Below, piece after piece: positions 40,301 to 52,975 of a stretch of 64,000 nucleotides of DNA. The DNA is taken from the NCBI GenBank assembly GCA_951406725.2, contig OX597828.1, forward strand, positions 63,178,001-63,242,000, in the 5' to 3' direction. A model generated the notes under the pieces. The model was given only the letters and a program-made list of their open reading frames with translations, did no database searches and had not been told where the DNA came from. This DNA is from Octopus vulgaris. Taxonomy: Eukaryota. Numbering within the stretch: position 1 is the stretch's first letter; every line of letters starts with the position of its first letter. The translations under genes and the position numbers were made by a program.

Positions 40301-41255
40301 CAAGTCTCCAATCTAAAAATAAGCCATATGTTGTGGTTTCTTCTTTTTTCTCCACCAGTTGCAGGGGCCCTGAAAGTTTCAAGGCTGGTAGGCTTCATCC
40401 CTTAGGCAAGTGTCTCTGGACTTGTTCCACTCCATCCATACTCTAATCACTCTGCTGTCACTAAACCTTTCCCTCCCATGTCTGGTGCACCATTCATAAT
40501 TTTCTGAGTTCGTTTGTGACTGCTGATATTATCGAGTCGTTGCTTGTACCGATTAGTATTTTATGAACTGGAATTGGTAGCAGTGTTCTTAAGAGTTGTG
40601 TGAAATGTCCAGTAGTGTTGTTGCTAAGATGAGGTGTTAAAGTGTGGATTATAATGATTAACTATACGACCAGTGCTCTATGCTACAGGAAAGCTTAATT
40701 GATTTGTGTGCACAGATGTTGGAAAGCCTTGATCAATATGATTTGTGCAGACTTGTATAATAGAGAGACCGCTGATGAAACAAACCTATTTGCTTGATAT
40801 TTTTAATCATACTACTCTCATTTTTGTTATGGGGCATGTCATTCTGACACTTAGGGGCTAATGTTCCAGTGACTATGTAAAGACAGAAAATTGGAAGGGT
40901 GGGAGAGGAAGAGATAAGACAAGCTGGGTACTTACATGAAATCTAGACATGCACTAGCTGTGTACACAAGTCTTGTATGTCAAGAGCTGCAGTTGTCAGT
41001 ATGAACCTTGCATATATAAATAATCTGTTTGGTTTGGGATTTATGTAAATTCCTTCTTTACTCAGCACAATTGATTTATAGCTATAAGGACATACATAGG
41101 ACACTGTTTTTGGAAGGTTTTGGAGCTTTCTTATGAGAGAGAGTGGCTGGAGTGGTGGCAGGGAAACTGTATCCCAGGTTAGAGTCTGGTACAGGTTGTG
41201 ATGTAACTACTGTATTGTGTTTATAGTGCAGTTTGTGTATTTTTGTTTATTGCAG

Positions 41256-41390
41256 AACAATTCTCCTAAGTATAATTTCCTTATTGAATGAACCGAACAC
41301 ATATTCCCCAGCCAATGTAGATGCTTCAGTGATGTATCGCAAATGGAGAGACTCAAGAGGACGAGATAAAGAATATGAAAATATTATCAG
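41256..41390 (+). CDS. UBE2R2: CDC34/UBE2R-type E2, internal exon
   Basis: tgcag acceptor, GTAAAG donor; 135 nt, phase matches the previous exon; encodes [44 protein letters not shown](R). Confidence 0.97.
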
Positions 41391-42779
41391 GTAAAGTCAT
41401 TTTATTATCAGAATTATTAGCTGGACAAAATGCTTAGCAGCATTTCATCCTTTCAGAACCAGTTGAGCCCTGGGGTTGATGTAATTACTGACCTTGTGCC
41501 AAAGTTTGTAACTGTCGTTGTTGTTATTTGTGGTGGTGAGTTGGTAGAATTGTTAGTGTGCAGGCAAGATGCTTTGCACCATTTCATCCTTGTGAGACTG
41601 GTCCTTTTATTTAAAAGACCAGCCAACAATTCATGTTTATTTTATCAGTTGTATTGTCTCCTTAAAACTTATACCAGTGTTACAAATCATTGTTTGGTCA
41701 TTTGTCATTTTATATTCTAGGTTCAGTTTGCCCCTGGGTCAGCTTTGCCATTCATCTTTTCTAGGGTTAATAAAATCAGAAGCAAGTCAAGCAATGCGAT
41801 TCATCAGTTGTAATCCCTACTTCCCAATTTAGGGGTTTGTGCAGTTTCAATTTTCTGAGGTTTGTGTAGCTCTAGAGGGAATGTTTCTGTATGTGACATC
41901 TACTTTGCTGTGCAGCAGTGTTTGCTCTTGTATTTCAAGTCATTTCAGTGCGTGCGCGTGTGTGTGTATAGAATATATACTTTGAGATGTTATTATTTTA
42001 TTGGGAAGTGTTTGTATCAGAAATGTGCTGTGTGACATAAACATATTGGCAGGTGATAGTATTATGAAAGTTGTGATATAGTTTTTGTGATGATTCTGCA
42101 GATTATGTAAGTAAATTTGTTCTTTTGGGATGATTGCATAGAACATGAGCCCATGCTGTGGCAGTTGTGCATTAGTATTGGGTGGGGGTATAGAATATGT
42201 ACTGTGAAAGTTGTGTTATTGGATTGAAAGTGACATGTGTAGGATATGGGCTGTGTCTGGTGGGACTAATTCTTTGGACTCTATAAACCTGTTTCATTCC
42301 TAGTTTGGTTCTTAAATTTTTGTTTATGTTCTGCTTTATTGCACCCTAATATTATTAATTATTTTTGGCATCATTTTTATTCTTATTAAGTTTCACCCAA
42401 AGTGGAAGGTGCTGTCCCTCCATTGAATCTGTTGAAAGACGAGGGAGAGTCATGAAAATGGTGCTGGGTGAATGGCTTTATTTTTCAGCATTGAACCTGT
42501 TGGTTGAAAGTAGGCAGTTGTTCCTGTTTGTTACAGCAAGCGTAGATTGGTGAGGTCCCTTAGTTAGTTTTAGGAGACTGTCCAGCTGTTAGGACATCTC
42601 ATTGCACTTCTTTGTATACTTTTGGTTTTCAAATCTTTTTGTTTGTGACTGATTCTGCAGACTCCTCCATTGTTTTTTGTATTAAGTCCTTGTAATGTTC
42701 TATTTAACTGCTGCCCTTGTGGCGAATATAAATTGTTGTTGTTGGGGTTATTATTGATTGTTAATTCTTCTGTGCACAG

Positions 42780-42993
42780 GAAACAAGTTCAAGCAACAAT
42801 AGCCGATGCGGAGAAGGACGGTGTGACAGTGCCGACCACCCTCCAGGAATACTGCGTAAGCGGCCGTCCCAAACAGACTGAGAGCCACACCGACTTAGAC
42901 TATTACGACGACGACGTCTTTCTTGACGATGACGATGACGACCATGCTGACGGTGATGATGACGATTGTTGTTCAGGGCAGGAAGACTCTTGA
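42780..42993 (+). CDS. UBE2R2: CDC34/UBE2R-type E2, last coding exon with acidic tail
   Basis: cacag acceptor in the correct phase; KQVQATIADAEKDGVTVPTTLQEYCV...DDDDCCSGQEDS, then TGA TAA. Confidence 0.95.
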
Positions 42994-43776
42994 TAATGGC
43001 CTGAAATGTGATAGATATTACTGAGGTGGGGCGAGGGGGGTGAGGGAGGGGGTGGTTGTTGATTGGAAGTTGGTGGGGGTAATGAGTGTTAGGGGTGAGT
43101 GCAGAAAGGGTGAGACAGAGAGAGAGTGGGAGAAATATTGTGAATGTGTGTGTGTGAGAGAGAGAAAGAGAGAGAGAAAGACATATATATATATAGAGTG
43201 AGACTGATTGCATGGATGGATGGCTGGATGAATGGTTGGATGGTTGTATAGGAGAGAGTGAATGGGAGGAATGGAGCAGGGGTGAGAAGCAGCAAAATAA
43301 GGTGGTGGTGGTGGTGGTGCAGTGAGAATTTTACTCTGAAAGAGTGGTGGGTTCAGGTAAAAAGAAGAGAACAGAGTTTGGGTGGGGAGGGAGGAGGGGG
43401 AGAAAAACCAACCCAAACAAAACATATAAAACCAAAAAAAAAACCAAAACAGTACAAAAAACAGCTACAATAACAACAAACACATTTTTTCGTTGATGGG
43501 GTGAGTGGGAGGAAGTAAGGTGAAGAAAGGAAAAGATGAGTTGGAGAAAGGGAAAAATAGCAAAAATTGGAAAAAAAAATTTTAAAAATACAAAAAAAAT
43601 TACATAAAAGTTAAATTTGGAGGAGAATAAAGACACAAAAAACATTTTAATATTTTCTTTCTTTTTTTCTGTTGTTTTGTTGTTCCTTCTGTGTGTGTGT
43701 ATATTTACACACACACATATACATAAGCATATATAGACAGATACGTATATGTGTATGTTATAAATATAAATTTAAA

Positions 43777-44005
43777 ATGTGTGTGTGTGTGTGTCTTTGT
43801 GTTTGTCCCCTATCACTGCTTGACAACCAGTGTTGGTTTGTTTACATCCCCATAATCTTGTGGTTCAGCATAAGAGACTGATAAAATAAGTAACGGTCTT
43901 TTAAGAAGTAAATAGTGAGGTCAATTGATTTGACTAAAACTTGTCAAAGTGGTGCACCAGCATGGCCACAGTCCAGTGACTGAAACAAGTAAAAGATTAA
44001 GGATA
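43777..44005 (+). mobile_element. SINE 3' half with CR1-type tail
   Basis: Ends GGTGCACCAGCATGGCCACAGTCCAGTGACTGAAACAAGTAAAAGA. A similar copy lies at ~33970-34150. Confidence 0.7.
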
Positions 44006-46859
44006 AATTGATTTAACCCTATGACAGCCGAGTCTGTAGGAGGAGCTTACTGTGATAGCTGCCCAATTCTATTTTATCCTCGGTCCTTCAGAGTGTGTTC
44101 CTCTACCCTTGTCATAAATAAATGCTAAAATTTATACAGCTGGTTTCATTCATTTACAATCTTCCATGAAATCATTTCCCACCATTGTTGCTGATTGTAC
44201 TTAAAGGACAAGAAACAGGTGAGGTTTGGTTCCAGAAAAGAATTTCAAGGAGAAGGAAAATTTAGCATTACTTCAAAAAGAAAAAAATAGATCAGTAACC
44301 AAAGAAAGAATTTAGGGAAGTTTTAAGAAAATAGAAAATAGCCAGCATTGCTTGCTTTATGTAAATTAACGAGCCATTACCAGTGGAGCATCATCACAGG
44401 AGATGGCTATAACAGGTAATTGCTTCATCAATGTTTCGTTTAATAAATTAGTTTGTATTAACAGAAAGAAGAGAAATTTGAATAATTGTGTTTGAAACGG
44501 TGAGAATTAAGCCCATATCTCCTGTGTCTAATTTTAAGGGTCTGACTCTGGTTTATCATATCATTACTCGAGAGAGCAATGTTCAAAATGTGGCTAGGAT
44601 CTGTGGCCATTCAAGCGAAAGACTGGGGAATGGATGCATGCAAGAGACTTATTCCAGTTTAGTATTGTCTGCAAATATATGCCTCTCCTTGTTCCATGTG
44701 TGTGTGTCTGTTATCCTCATCATCACCATTATCATTCTGTTGTTTGCTTTCCATGCTGGCATGTGTTGGTTGGGTCATTACAATCCATGTCATCTCCTGT
44801 TGGTTGCTGCTATTTCCATAAACTGATGCTCACACTTGTCATTTGGTTTGATTTACTCTAGTTGGATGCTGTTCCTATTGCCAACCACTCAATGATGGAA
44901 TGACCCGAGTGTGTTTTTGAGCTCCCAACCCAAGACAGGTTGGACAAAGCATCTTCAGAACCCTATGTATTCTCTGCCCTATTTTCCAACTACTTTACAA
45001 ACTACTATACCATGTATCATCATCACCATCATGGTTTTAACACTCATTTTTTACTGCTTGCCATGGGGGTGGGGTGTCAGACACAGTTTTTTTTTTTTTA
45101 GGCAAATTTTCTTTGGCATGATGGCCTATCCTGTCTCCAAGCAAGGCAATATCTCCCCATGGCCAGTACATTGGAAACGAACGACATTGCCTGTGTGACA
45201 GTGACACTCATTTACAACCATCATGCTATGCCAAAACAAAGACATACAGACAGACTCTGACACACGTCGTCATCATCAGTGAATGTCTATTTTCCAGGAT
45301 GGCACGAGTTGGACCATGTATACATACACACACTCACACATAGACACACACACACACACACACACACACTCATTCACCCTATATATTTTCTTCTATCAAA
45401 TCCATTCACAAGGCTTTGGTTGACCTGGGGCTAAAGTAGAAGACAATGTGCCACTGAAAACCTCTGGCTGGGAAGCAAGATATTATCTCATATCCTTTTT
45501 ACATGACAGCATCATGATAAATCCCCTCAATTTTACATTGATAATAGTTTGGTGTTAGAAAGAGCATCCATTAAGAAAAAAAGAAAAGTCATAAGCTTCT
45601 CTAGAGAATGATGCTGCTGCATCATTCTGATCCTGCACTCAACAGGTTCAATCTCCAGGATCTCCATTCTAGTTTTTCTCTGCCATTTGTACACATTCAA
45701 CTTAGCAGCTTGTTCTAGGTTTTCCTCTTGAGTATTTGCCATTTATATTTCCCTTCCAGTAATAGTCTTTGTATTCCTTATTCTCTTGCTCTGTTGCCAA
45801 ACTATTTCGGTTTCTGATTTTTTAATTGTTGAGAGCAATCATTTCTTTCGTTTCTTTTGCTGGTTGGAACACTTCTTTAGCTTCATGTTTTGTCCAAGAT
45901 ACTCTGCTGCATGAAGCAACCCCGTCCAACCTATCAGAGCTCTAAAAGGTCAACCAATGCCTTGTGAATGAATTTGTTAGATGGAAAATGTGTGGAAGCC
46001 CAGCATATGACGTGTGTTGTGTGTGTGTGTAGTATTGGGGTCATTTTGTTCAACAAATTGACTTTCAAGGTGTTGCCCCAGTATGACTGCAGTACAATAA
46101 TTGAAACAAAAGACAAGAGAATCCATAAAATAGAATTCTGTCATAAAAGTCATTAACTTCTAAACACTTGTTGTTTCTAGCTTTGGGGTGGGTACCACGT
46201 ATCAGTCTTGGGTACTTGCCTATTGCTTTGCAAAAAGATGGAGTAAATACCACAAGGTATTTTTTTCTGCTATTTTATGGATTGTGTTAATTCATTGCTA
46301 CCAGCTTAGGAATTGTTCCAAATGTATCTTGGACTACATTGTCCAGTATGTTGTTTAGAATGGCAACCTATGATTTGGAGGGAGATTTGGCTGCTGTTTC
46401 CATCAGCTTCAGCAGCTACATAGAAGCTACCTCAAAACAAAATAGTAATTTATAGAATCAACTTCTGGTTGTAATTATTTCACTGTCTAATGAGCAAAAC
46501 TTTCACCCCACCCATCAATAATCAATATAGATGATCAAGCTTTGATTGATAATTCTATTCAATGAAGGATCAAACGCTTTGAGGTCGATCTCAGAGTTGT
46601 TAAGAAGCAAAATGCACGTTTTACATCCATTTCTCTGTGCTAGCATGGCTTAGATATGTAGCTGTTACTTAAGTATTGTTTTACAACAGCAGGATGCTCT
46701 CCCTGTCACGTAAGCCTTGCCTCCTGTTTATCAAGTGAAGGATATTTTTATCTCCCTGTCTTTAACAGCCCAGACGGTTTGGTTGGCAGAGAATTGTCAA
46801 CATAATTCAGTTTGTGGCTCCATTTTAGATTCACGTTGGCATAGACTGGATATTTAAGC

Positions 46860-47950
46860 AGGCATGTGTGCACACACAAACATTAAGCATACATTGAGTA
46901 TATATTTAACAGAAAGCCAAAATAATAATATAACATTTATCAACATAATGAATCCTTTAGCCACATTAGTGCCAAGGAATAAACGATCTAATTGTGAGAC
47001 CTCCAAGACTGTGACAGTTAGGGATTTAAATATTGGCTGCAAGTTATGTAGGAAACCTGGACAAACAAGCAAAGCAATTTTCACTGCCTCTGGACTTCCT
47101 CATGTACCGAAAACCACCTGAAATCATATCCTCAGGATCATGGCTTCTGTGTGGAAACCCCTGGAATTGTCTCCTCACAGGAGTTTGAGGCTTCAATGAG
47201 CCCAAAAGTACATGACATTGGATTTGAGTTGTGTTCTGTTCACTGATGAAACCAGGGCAACTGTTGAGGGACCTGATGGTTGGAGATGAGGGCCATTAAT
47301 GTTTGCAACATCAACAACAAAGTGGAGGGGTCATGTTGTGGACTGGTATCATTGGGGACAGGACTCGTTGGCCCAGTCAGGGTGCCTGAAGAGGTTCAAG
47401 TGACCACAGTCGCCTACTCCAATCTCCTGAAGGAGGACTTGGCTAGATGACCTACTGCTGTCACTTCTAAGGAATCTCGCATTCATGCATGACAATGTGC
47501 CCTCCCACTCTGAGAACCACCCAAACATTTCTACGGTCTTATGGCATACAAGGTGAAAAGTTAATGGTGTGGCTGCTAGCATCTCTGGATCTCAACTGTA
47601 TCGAAAATCTTTGGTCCATCATTAAACAAGATGTTTATGCCAATAGATGCAAATTTACGTCAAAAGATGTCTTATGGGCAACCATTGAAACTGTAAGCAG
47701 AGGCAGTCCAACCTGCTTCTATTAAGAAATTGACAGATTCCATGGCTATCTGTTGAAATGGTGCTCATGTAGCTAAATAATTCATTATGTCGATAAATGT
47801 TATAATATGTTTTTCTGTTAAATATATTCTCAATGTATGCTTAATACGTATCATTACCCTTCATTTTCTGAAACGAAAAAAGCAAATTGTGTAGGTGGGC
47901 TATTTTCATTCAAAAGCTATTTGTGTGGTTCACCGAAAAACTGAAGAATC
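46860..47950 (+). mobile_element. Tc1-type transposon relic (DD37E/TRT-like), transposase pseudogene
   Basis: VLFTDETRATVEGPDGW (D at 47245), FMHDNVPSH (D at 47491), LDLNCIENLWSIIK (E at 47603); frameshifted. Ends approximate. Confidence 0.82.
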
Positions 47951-48585
47951 TGAAATAAAAAAGAAAGAATGTTACACAGAATTATGAAAACATAACAATG
48001 GTGTTGCCATAGTGTGCAAACCAGCTAGAAAAAGTTTTATCAAAATCTATTCATGGAAAATGGAGTCAAGTGCTACATAGGTGAATTGAACTCCAACCTC
48101 TGTGGTTGTGAATGAAACGTCTTAGCCACACAGCTAAGCCAACACTTACAAAGTGTTCAACATCTTTGTTTTCTTTTTTCTAAGAAATTCTGCCTAATGA
48201 AACGGCTTTCCCGACTCAATCTCTGTAGACCCTCTAATTGGCGCAGGCTCCTGAACTGCACTCCTAAAACCCATGTGTGTGGGTTGGTGCTCATTTTTTT
48301 TTGTTTTTGTTTTTGTTATAGCTTAATTAAAACAGGAAGTGTAGTGCTTTTGACTCTTAAGCAAGAATCCCAGAACTGATAAACGAAAAGGAAGAAGTTG
48401 ATCTGTTCAAAGCAGAACTTTCCCCTGAATGCTGGCAATAGAGGAGGCCCCTAAGGACTCCTGTTTAAATCCTGCTGAGGTCAACTTGACTTGTAGATTT
48501 GTAGCATCACTTGGCACCTTGGATGCTGTCTTTAGCAGAATCCACACTTTAGGAAGCATTTGGATCAGGACTTTGGTAATGTATA

Positions 48586-48630
<45 letters not shown>

Positions 48631-48661
48631 CCATCCGGTAGACATTAAAATGATGATGATG

Positions 48662-49054
48662 TTGGAGTAAAGATTGTTTGCTAACATAACATGGCAGTCC
48701 TGGTTTAGGATGAATGTTGCTGTAATTTAACCCCAGGAGACATCGTCTCCAGCTGGCTATACGACACAATCTGTGTCCTTATATTTTCAAACAAGGGAAT
48801 CTAGCACCCCAACTCAGCTCAAATCAATATCTGTGTACCATGATTTCCGGGTTATTCTGTGCTGATGAAGGGAAATAACCCGGAAATCACGATAAACAGA
48901 TATTGTTTTGAGCTGAGTGGGGGTGCTAGATTCACTTGTTCAAAAATATATGGATACCGATCGTGTCTTATAGCCAGCTGGAGATGATGGTTAAATTACA
49001 GGAACATTCGTCCTAAACCAGGACTGCCATGTTGGCAAACAATCTTTACTCCAA
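48662..49054. repeat. Long imperfect inverted repeat (arms 48662-48856 and 48874-49054, 17-nt spacer), probably a Penelope-like inverted pLTR
   Basis: The arms pair by eye over their whole length, from TTGGAGTAAAGATTGTTTG / CAAACAATCTTTACTCCAA inward to GATTTCCGGGTTATT / AATAACCCGGAAATC. Confidence 0.92.
48856..48900 (+). ncRNA. Minimal type I hammerhead ribozyme motif (Penelope-type), slightly mutated
   Basis: TCTGTG (stem I), CTGATGA, AGGG aaataa CCCG (stem II), GAAA, TC AC GAT (short stem III), A, AACAGA (stem I partner; the opposite arm preserves CACAGA). Confidence 0.7.
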
Positions 49055-50227
49055 AGTACTGTCGCTGAATATCTCTCGTTATGAGATTTAAAAATAGTAA
49101 TTTTCTAATTGATGATGATGTTATATAAAACAAACATCAGGATTTAAAGTAAAACTCAAATCTTTTGTTTTCATTTATTTCAATCGTGGGTTTCAAAATC
49201 AATTTTGTTTTTAATTTTTTATCCTATATTTTAAGTAAAATTCCCTGTTGTTATCATCTCTATCCATTTTACTGCTTGGATTTGTCTTTCTCAGTCAGGT
49301 GGTGACCCCTTCTATAAATTTCTACAACATGATATTACTTGTACCTACCTCTGTATATACACATACATACGTGCACACACACGCATGTGTGCATGCACAC
49401 ACACGCATGTGTGCATGCACACACACGTATTGTGTTGGTACATTTGTAGATGACTCAGTTATGATGTGTAAATCTCCAAATTAGCAACCATGTTATTACA
49501 GGGCACAGTCTCAATTTACAGAGTTCTGGGTCATACATAGGCTCAGCAGGCTTCCTCTCTCCCACTCTGCTCAATGAGTTATTAAGCTTTCACAAAATGT
49601 ATTATTTCTTCTGTTCTGTTCTGGGCTTCTATTACAGCATCCATCATATGTTATTTATTTCATTCATTTCCATGCACTGCACTGTTTCAAATATACAAAA
49701 TATATTCACTGCAGAAAACATGTTGCAGCTCTGGCATTTACTGATGGAAGGGCAACATTTTGCGTTGCTGATACTTTGAGAATCACATTTGACAAACTAC
49801 ATGCATAGATCTGTGTGTCTGTGTGTCTCAAGTTCTTCTGGGTCTTTTCGTCTTTTCAGATCAGCCAGAAAGAAATCAATTCCATGAATGGTTTCCCAAT
49901 GCAGCGTAACAAGTAAGCAAGTATGTGTCTTTTAAAAAAGCTTATCAATGATGCAGGGATGTGGTTGCTATGTGCTTTTATGCGGATGAAGTGACAAACA
50001 AATATAATCCTTAGATGAGCGAGGACCACTTGGAGAATTCTTAACAACATAATTAGAGAACAAACTCAGCTCACTGACCAACACACACACACAAAAAAAA
50101 TAATCTTCAACACTTGATGACAACTTGGAAACCAAGAAGAACAGCCAGGGAATTAATTCTGATACATTTTTTCTCTCTCTCTTCATTTTTTTGTTTTGCT
50201 CTCATCCCTTTGTGTTCATCTAAAACA

Positions 50228-50456
50228 CCAGAACCGCCTGACTAGCCCTTGTGCTGGTGGCACGTAAAAGCACCCACTACACACTCGGAGTGGTTGGTGT
50301 TAGGAAGGGCATCTAGGTGTAGAAACTTTGCCAGATCAGATTGGAACCTGGTGCAGCCTTCTGGTTCACCAGTCCTCAGTCAAACCGTCCAACCCATGCT
50401 AGCATGGAAAGCGGATGTTAAACGACGAGGACGTTGATGATGAAGATGATGATGAT
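50228..50456 (+). mobile_element. Short RTE LINE 3'-end copy
   Basis: One GGCACGTAAAAGCACC unit, the family terminus and (GAT)n. Confidence 0.85.
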
Positions 50457-50491
50457 ATATATATATATATATATATGAAGAAGATGATGAT

Positions 50492-52138
50492 GATCCCTTA
50501 TCTGGTAGGCGATGCAGAAACTGGAGATTGATGAATGGTTAATAAGAGCAGTACAGGCCCTTTACAGAGAGGCTGTTAGTAAGGTTAGGATTAGCAATGA
50601 GTACAGTGAAGAATTCCGAGTAGAAGTTGGCGCCCACCAAGGCTCAGCCCTCAGTCCCCTTCTATTCATCATAGTCCTCCAGGCAATAACAGAGGAATTC
50701 AAGATGGGTTGCCCCTGGGAGCTCCTCTATGTTGATGACCTAGCCCTCGTAGCAGAATCACTACCGGAACTAGAGAGGAAATTTCGTGTGTGGAAGCTAG
50801 GGTTAGAATCAAAAGGCCTTAGAGTCAATGTAGCAAAGACCAAAGTTCTAGTAAGTAGGAAGGCAAACTCACCACACCCCTTCAGGTAGGTGGCCCTGCT
50901 CGATCTGTAGAAAAGGTGTAGGTAGAAACTCCATAAAATGTACCCAGTGTAAGCTATGGACACATAAGAGGTGCAGCAATATCAAAGGAAAATTAACCGG
51001 GAAGATAGCTTTTGTGTGCGGCAGATGCACAGGGGCAATAGATACCATTGATACTCAGAAAACAGATTCCATTACACACCTGGGGGAGAAACTAGAAGTA
51101 GTTGATAGCTTCCGCTACCTAGGTGACCAAGTTAGTAGTGGAGGTGGATGCTCAGAGAGTGTCACCACTAGAATACGAATAACCTGGGCAAAGTTTTGAA
51201 AGCTCCTCCCCCTAATGGCGACAAAGGGTCTCTCGCTCAGAGTGAAAGGTAGATTGTATGATGCATGTGTGCGAACTGCCATGCTTCACGGTATGAAACA
51301 TGGGCCGTGACTGTGGAGTACATGCATAGGCTCGAAAGAAATGAAGCTAGCATGATCCGCTGGATGTGTAATGTCAGTGTCCATGCACGACAGAGTGTAA
51401 CCACCCTGAGAATAATGTTGGGCATAAGAAGCATCAGATGCAGCGTGCAGGAGAGACATTAAAGTTGGTACGGTCATGTACTAAGGATGGACGAGGAGAG
51501 ATGTGTGAAGAAGTGCCACTCCCAAACTGTTAAAGGAATCCGGGGTAGAGGTAGACCCAGGAAGACATGGGATGAGGTGGTCAAGCATGACCTTTGTACG
51601 TTGAGCCTCACAGAGGCTATGATGAAAGACCGAGTCCTCTGGAGATATGCTGTGACTTCGAAGACCTGACGAATGAAGTGAGTTCATGGCTAGCAGGATG
51701 GCCTGCTGTGCTAACCTTGGATCGTAGAGTGACCCGCTGTTCTTGAGAAGACCTATTGAGCCAAGTACGTTAAAACCAACATCAAATGAAAATTGAATGG
51801 AAATGGTAGTTAAGACACCCGTGCCGGTGACAAGTTAAAAGAAAAGCACTGTCCGAATGTGGCAGATGCCAGCGCCACCTGACTGGTGTCCGTGTCGGTG
51901 ACACGTAAAAGCATCAACTGATTGTGGCTGTCTGCCAGTCTCCACCGGCCTCTGTGCCGGCGGCACGTAAAAAGCACCCACTACACTCACAGAGTGGTTG
52001 GCGTTAGGAAGGGCATCCAGCTGTAGAAACACTGCCAGATCAGACTGGAGTCTGGTGCAGCCTCCTGGCTTCCCAGACCCCTGTCGAACCGTCCAACCCA
52101 TGCTAGCATGGTAAACGGACGTTAAACGACGATGATGA
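50492..52138 (+). mobile_element. 5'-truncated RTE LINE, sister subfamily of 28551-31722
   Basis: GAHQGSALSPLLF, ELLYVDDL, the PHD insert, DSFRYLGDQ, GRPRKTWDE; partly different 3' UTR but the same terminus. Confidence 0.93.
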
Positions 52139-52154
52139 TATATATATATATATA

Positions 52155-52975
52155 CTAGCAGTATTGCCCGGCTCGTGCATTCTATGCACGCGCGAATTAG
52201 CTAAACTTGGATGAAGTTCAATCAAAATTCAATTATTTTGGTTTTAAAATCAAGCATTTAATGCCCTCTATTTTTGCACTTATGTGTTCCATTTTCTCAA
52301 TAGGAAGTACGTAGAAACGTTTCATAAATTTTTGTTGATCAAATAATTGCATTGTTGAATTATTCTTTTAGATCAGTATTTCTCAAAGGGGATTTCAGGG
52401 GAGAGTTTCAGGGAGTTGCTGGCGATGTATCGTGATGATCAAAAATCCGGCCTGCTAAAATTTTGTTAAAGTGATACAAACTGCAGACTCAACGCAAAAT
52501 GGTCACATTTAATTCAAAGCGTTAAAAATGTTATGAAAACAATTGGTATGTGTTCACAAAGTCCAAACGATTAATATGAAAAAACCCTCCAGGCTACATC
52601 CCAAAAATTCATTTCTCTGCCGAATTTCTACAATGTTTATGGCGATTCGCTTTTATATCTTGATTTTTTATTTTTCATGCAATTTACGCATGCTTGCACA
52701 CGTGGTGAACACAGTTCACGTCAAACAGCTGACTGAGTAAAGTTCACTATTCAATGCATGGGATAAGGCCTAAACAAACACATTATCGATTTTTGCACTT
52801 GCGAGATGAATTTCGGAACAGAAATAGCGCAGTTTAATTTTCATTCGCCTAAACTTTAAGTGAGCCATTTTTGGTGGTTCTACGATTTGTTGGCTAGGAG
52901 GAGATGTGCCGGGAAGTTAAACACACAGACAGATAGACACACAGACACACAAGTTGAGTTTTATATATATATAGA
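52155..52975 (-). mobile_element. Non-autonomous Helitron-like element
   Basis: Minus strand A|TCTATATATATATAAAAC...(GTCT/GT)n...CTAG|T; same terminal layout as 438-801. The subterminal hairpin is partly deleted. Confidence 0.7.

Noticed and set aside
36560-40790. Other CTGATGA strings (~36564, ~38252, ~40773) as hammerheads
   Set aside because: No stem II-GAAA-stem III-UH arrangement follows them.
43626-44120. AATAAA hexamers as the CDC34 poly(A) signal
   Set aside because: Common by chance in AT-rich DNA; cannot be chosen without 3'-end data.
49372-49427. 22-bp tandem GCACACACACGCATGTGTGCAT with internal palindromes
   Set aside because: Low-complexity (CA)/(TG) microsatellite derivative.
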